The position numbers and the translations under genes are program-made. From the sequence record SRR22947725_2412: a stretch of 47,087 nucleotides of DNA. One strand, written 5' to 3'. Under the pieces are notes generated by a model. The model saw only the letters and a program-made list of their open reading frames with translations. It was not told the DNA's origin and searched no databases. Positions 45,807-47,087 of the stretch are shown here, piece after piece (positions within the stretch are counted from its first letter, which is position 1; each line of letters opens with the position of its first letter).

Positions 45807-46940
45807 ATGAACCCCATACAACCCGAACCCTTCATAATTAAAGTCTTAAAGAGCCAATTTATCTGGCCTATATTAGCTTTTGTTTTATTGGGTGTTTTTC
45901 TTCTAACTACAGTTCGAGTCCAAAGAATCTCTGGTGAAGAAGTTGGCCTCATCCTCAACAAGTTTACCGGCGATGTTGAGGTCGTAAATATGCAGGGTAC
46001 GCGTATTTATAATGCTATCATGAATGAGTTCTATGTCCTCGAAAAAACTCTTCAGACTATGGAGATGTCTACTGATTCAGACCGCGGTAATCGCAAAAGA
46101 AGAGATGACCTCAAGGTGAAAGATCTCGATGGTAATAATATCTATGTAGAGTTGAAAGTTCAATACCGAATCCTTCCTGAAAAAATTAAAGAAGTCCTCG
46201 AAACTTCAGGTTATATAGATCGCGACGGCGTTGACCTTTACAAGAAAAAATGGGTCCGTGAATACGTGCGTTCTATCTGCCGCGATTATCTCGGAGAACT
46301 TAGGACCGAAGAGTTCTATGAATCGACTAATAGAACAGAAAAAATTAATCTAGCTCGCCAAGAAATTAATAAAAGATTAGCCCCATTTGGAGTCGATGTC
46401 GACAGTATAGTCATGTTCCGTAAGCCAAACTTTCATGCTAGCTACCAAGATATCATTAACCGCAAAGAGAAAGCCGACCAAGACATCAAGACACAGATGG
46501 CTCTCGCCAAAGCTGCAACTGAGAAACGTGAAACTCTCATCACCAAAGAAAGCAATATAAAAATTGTAGAACTTGAACGCCACAATGGTAAACTCGAAGA
46601 AGAAATACTTCAGGCAAAAGCCAAAGCCGATCAGCTCACTAAGTCTGCCGATGCGTACTATGACCGCATCACTATCGGTGCCGAAGCCCGACTCTTTAAA
46701 AATGAAAAAGAAGCTACCGGTATACTCGAGCTCAAAAAAGCAGACGCCGAAGGTATAGAAGCCCTCAAAAAAGCTCTAGAAGGTGAAGGTGGACTCAACA
46801 TGGTCAAAATGGAGTACGCCAAAAAACTCAAAAACATGATCATTCAGGGCCTTCCTTACACAATCAAAAGTGAAACCGAAAGACTCCAACTAAGTGAAGA
46901 TGCTGCTGCCGCCAAAAAACAAAAAGGAGCTAAACAATGA
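45807..46940 (+). CDS. SPFH (band 7/prohibitin/HflKC-like) protein
   Basis: N-terminal TM helix; EVGLIL, KDLDGNNIYVELKVQYRI, RDYLGEL..EEFY; long Ala/Glu/Lys coiled coil. Confidence 0.88.
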   Translation: MNPIQPEPFIIKVLKSQFIWPILAFVLLGVFLLTTVRVQRISGEEVGLILNKFTGDVEVVNMQGTRIYNAIMNEFYVLEKTLQTMEMSTDSDRGNRKRRDDLKVKDLDGNNIYVELKVQYRILPEKIKEVLETSGYIDRDGVDLYKKKWVREYVRSICRDYLGELRTEEFYESTNRTEKINLARQEINKRLAPFGVDVDSIVMFRKPNFHASYQDIINRKEKADQDIKTQMALAKAATEKRETLITKESNIKIVELERHNGKLEEEILQAKAKADQLTKSADAYYDRITIGAEARLFKNEKEATGILELKKADAEGIEALKKALEGEGGLNMVKMEYAKKLKNMIIQGLPYTIKSETERLQLSEDAAAAKKQKGAKQ

Positions 46941-47087
46941 AAGCCATAAAAGCCATATCAATCCTTATAATAATCGGCATAGTCGGCTTCTGGACCTTTA
47001 TCCTGACTTGTACTATAAAAATCCCCATGGGTAAGGCGGGGGTTAGAATTAATGAATATGGAATCTTTGGCGCCAAGGGTATTGATG
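46937..47087 (+). CDS. Second SPFH-family protein (5' part, cut by the window edge)
   Basis: MKAIKAISILIIIGIVGFWTFILTCTIKIPMGKAGVRINEYGIFGAKGID; AAGGAG SD, ATGA overlap, TM helix followed by IP.G..GV. Confidence 0.7.
   Translation, partial: MKAIKAISILIIIGIVGFWTFILTCTIKIPMGKAGVRINEYGIFGAKGID

Noticed and set aside
240-46843. Many 60-110 aa alternative-frame and antisense ORFs in the track
   Set aside because: They lie within well-supported genes and show no motifs or SD. Only 9106-9309 (methylase remnant) and 19556-19738 were kept.
1-47087. CRISPR arrays, tRNA/rRNA genes, IS elements, prophage, known riboswitches
   Set aside because: Intergenic gaps are all under about 260 bp, and none showed repeat-spacer, cloverleaf, transposase/integrase or recognisable aptamer patterns by eye. 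An Rfam scan would be needed to exclude small RNAs.

Overview
About 47 kb of densely coding bacterial chromosome, roughly 40% GC by eye. The DUF1549/DUF1553 + DUF1501 pair, HEAT-repeat proteins and Tat-exported oxidoreductase point to the PVC superphylum, probably Lentisphaera-like (inference). Contents in order: a tightly coupled ruvA-ruvB-yicC-RluA-family-XPB-like helicase-DMT operon; DUF6901; SMUG1-type UDG; a phasin-like/UbiB pair abutting a truncated NOL1/NOP2/Sun-family methylase remnant; elyC; a TonB receptor; sufS-sufU-nfu-iscA followed by thiI; a minimal MGMT; a divergent SAM methyltransferase / ferritin-like diiron pair; an orphan neuA; DUF1549/1553-DUF1501; Gfo/Idh/MocA + HEAT lipoprotein + diheme cytochrome c; Prx5-Grx with oxyR; DJ-1; trxA; a ricT-led six-gene membrane/export operon; ankyrin, hydrolase and receiver genes; and a tandem winged-helix membrane protein in front of two SPFH genes. 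I saw no rRNA, tRNA, CRISPR array, transposase or phage genes. Best novelty candidates: (1) a RicT whose three-Cys Gly-rich tail may replace RicA/RicF as Fe-S ligands; (2) the tandem winged-helix + SPFH-pair module; (3) the Wzy_C-TPR / large membrane protein / double-permease ABC / HEAT operon; (4) the Gfo-HEAT-cytochrome module. All family calls come from motif recognition by eye; no searches were run.
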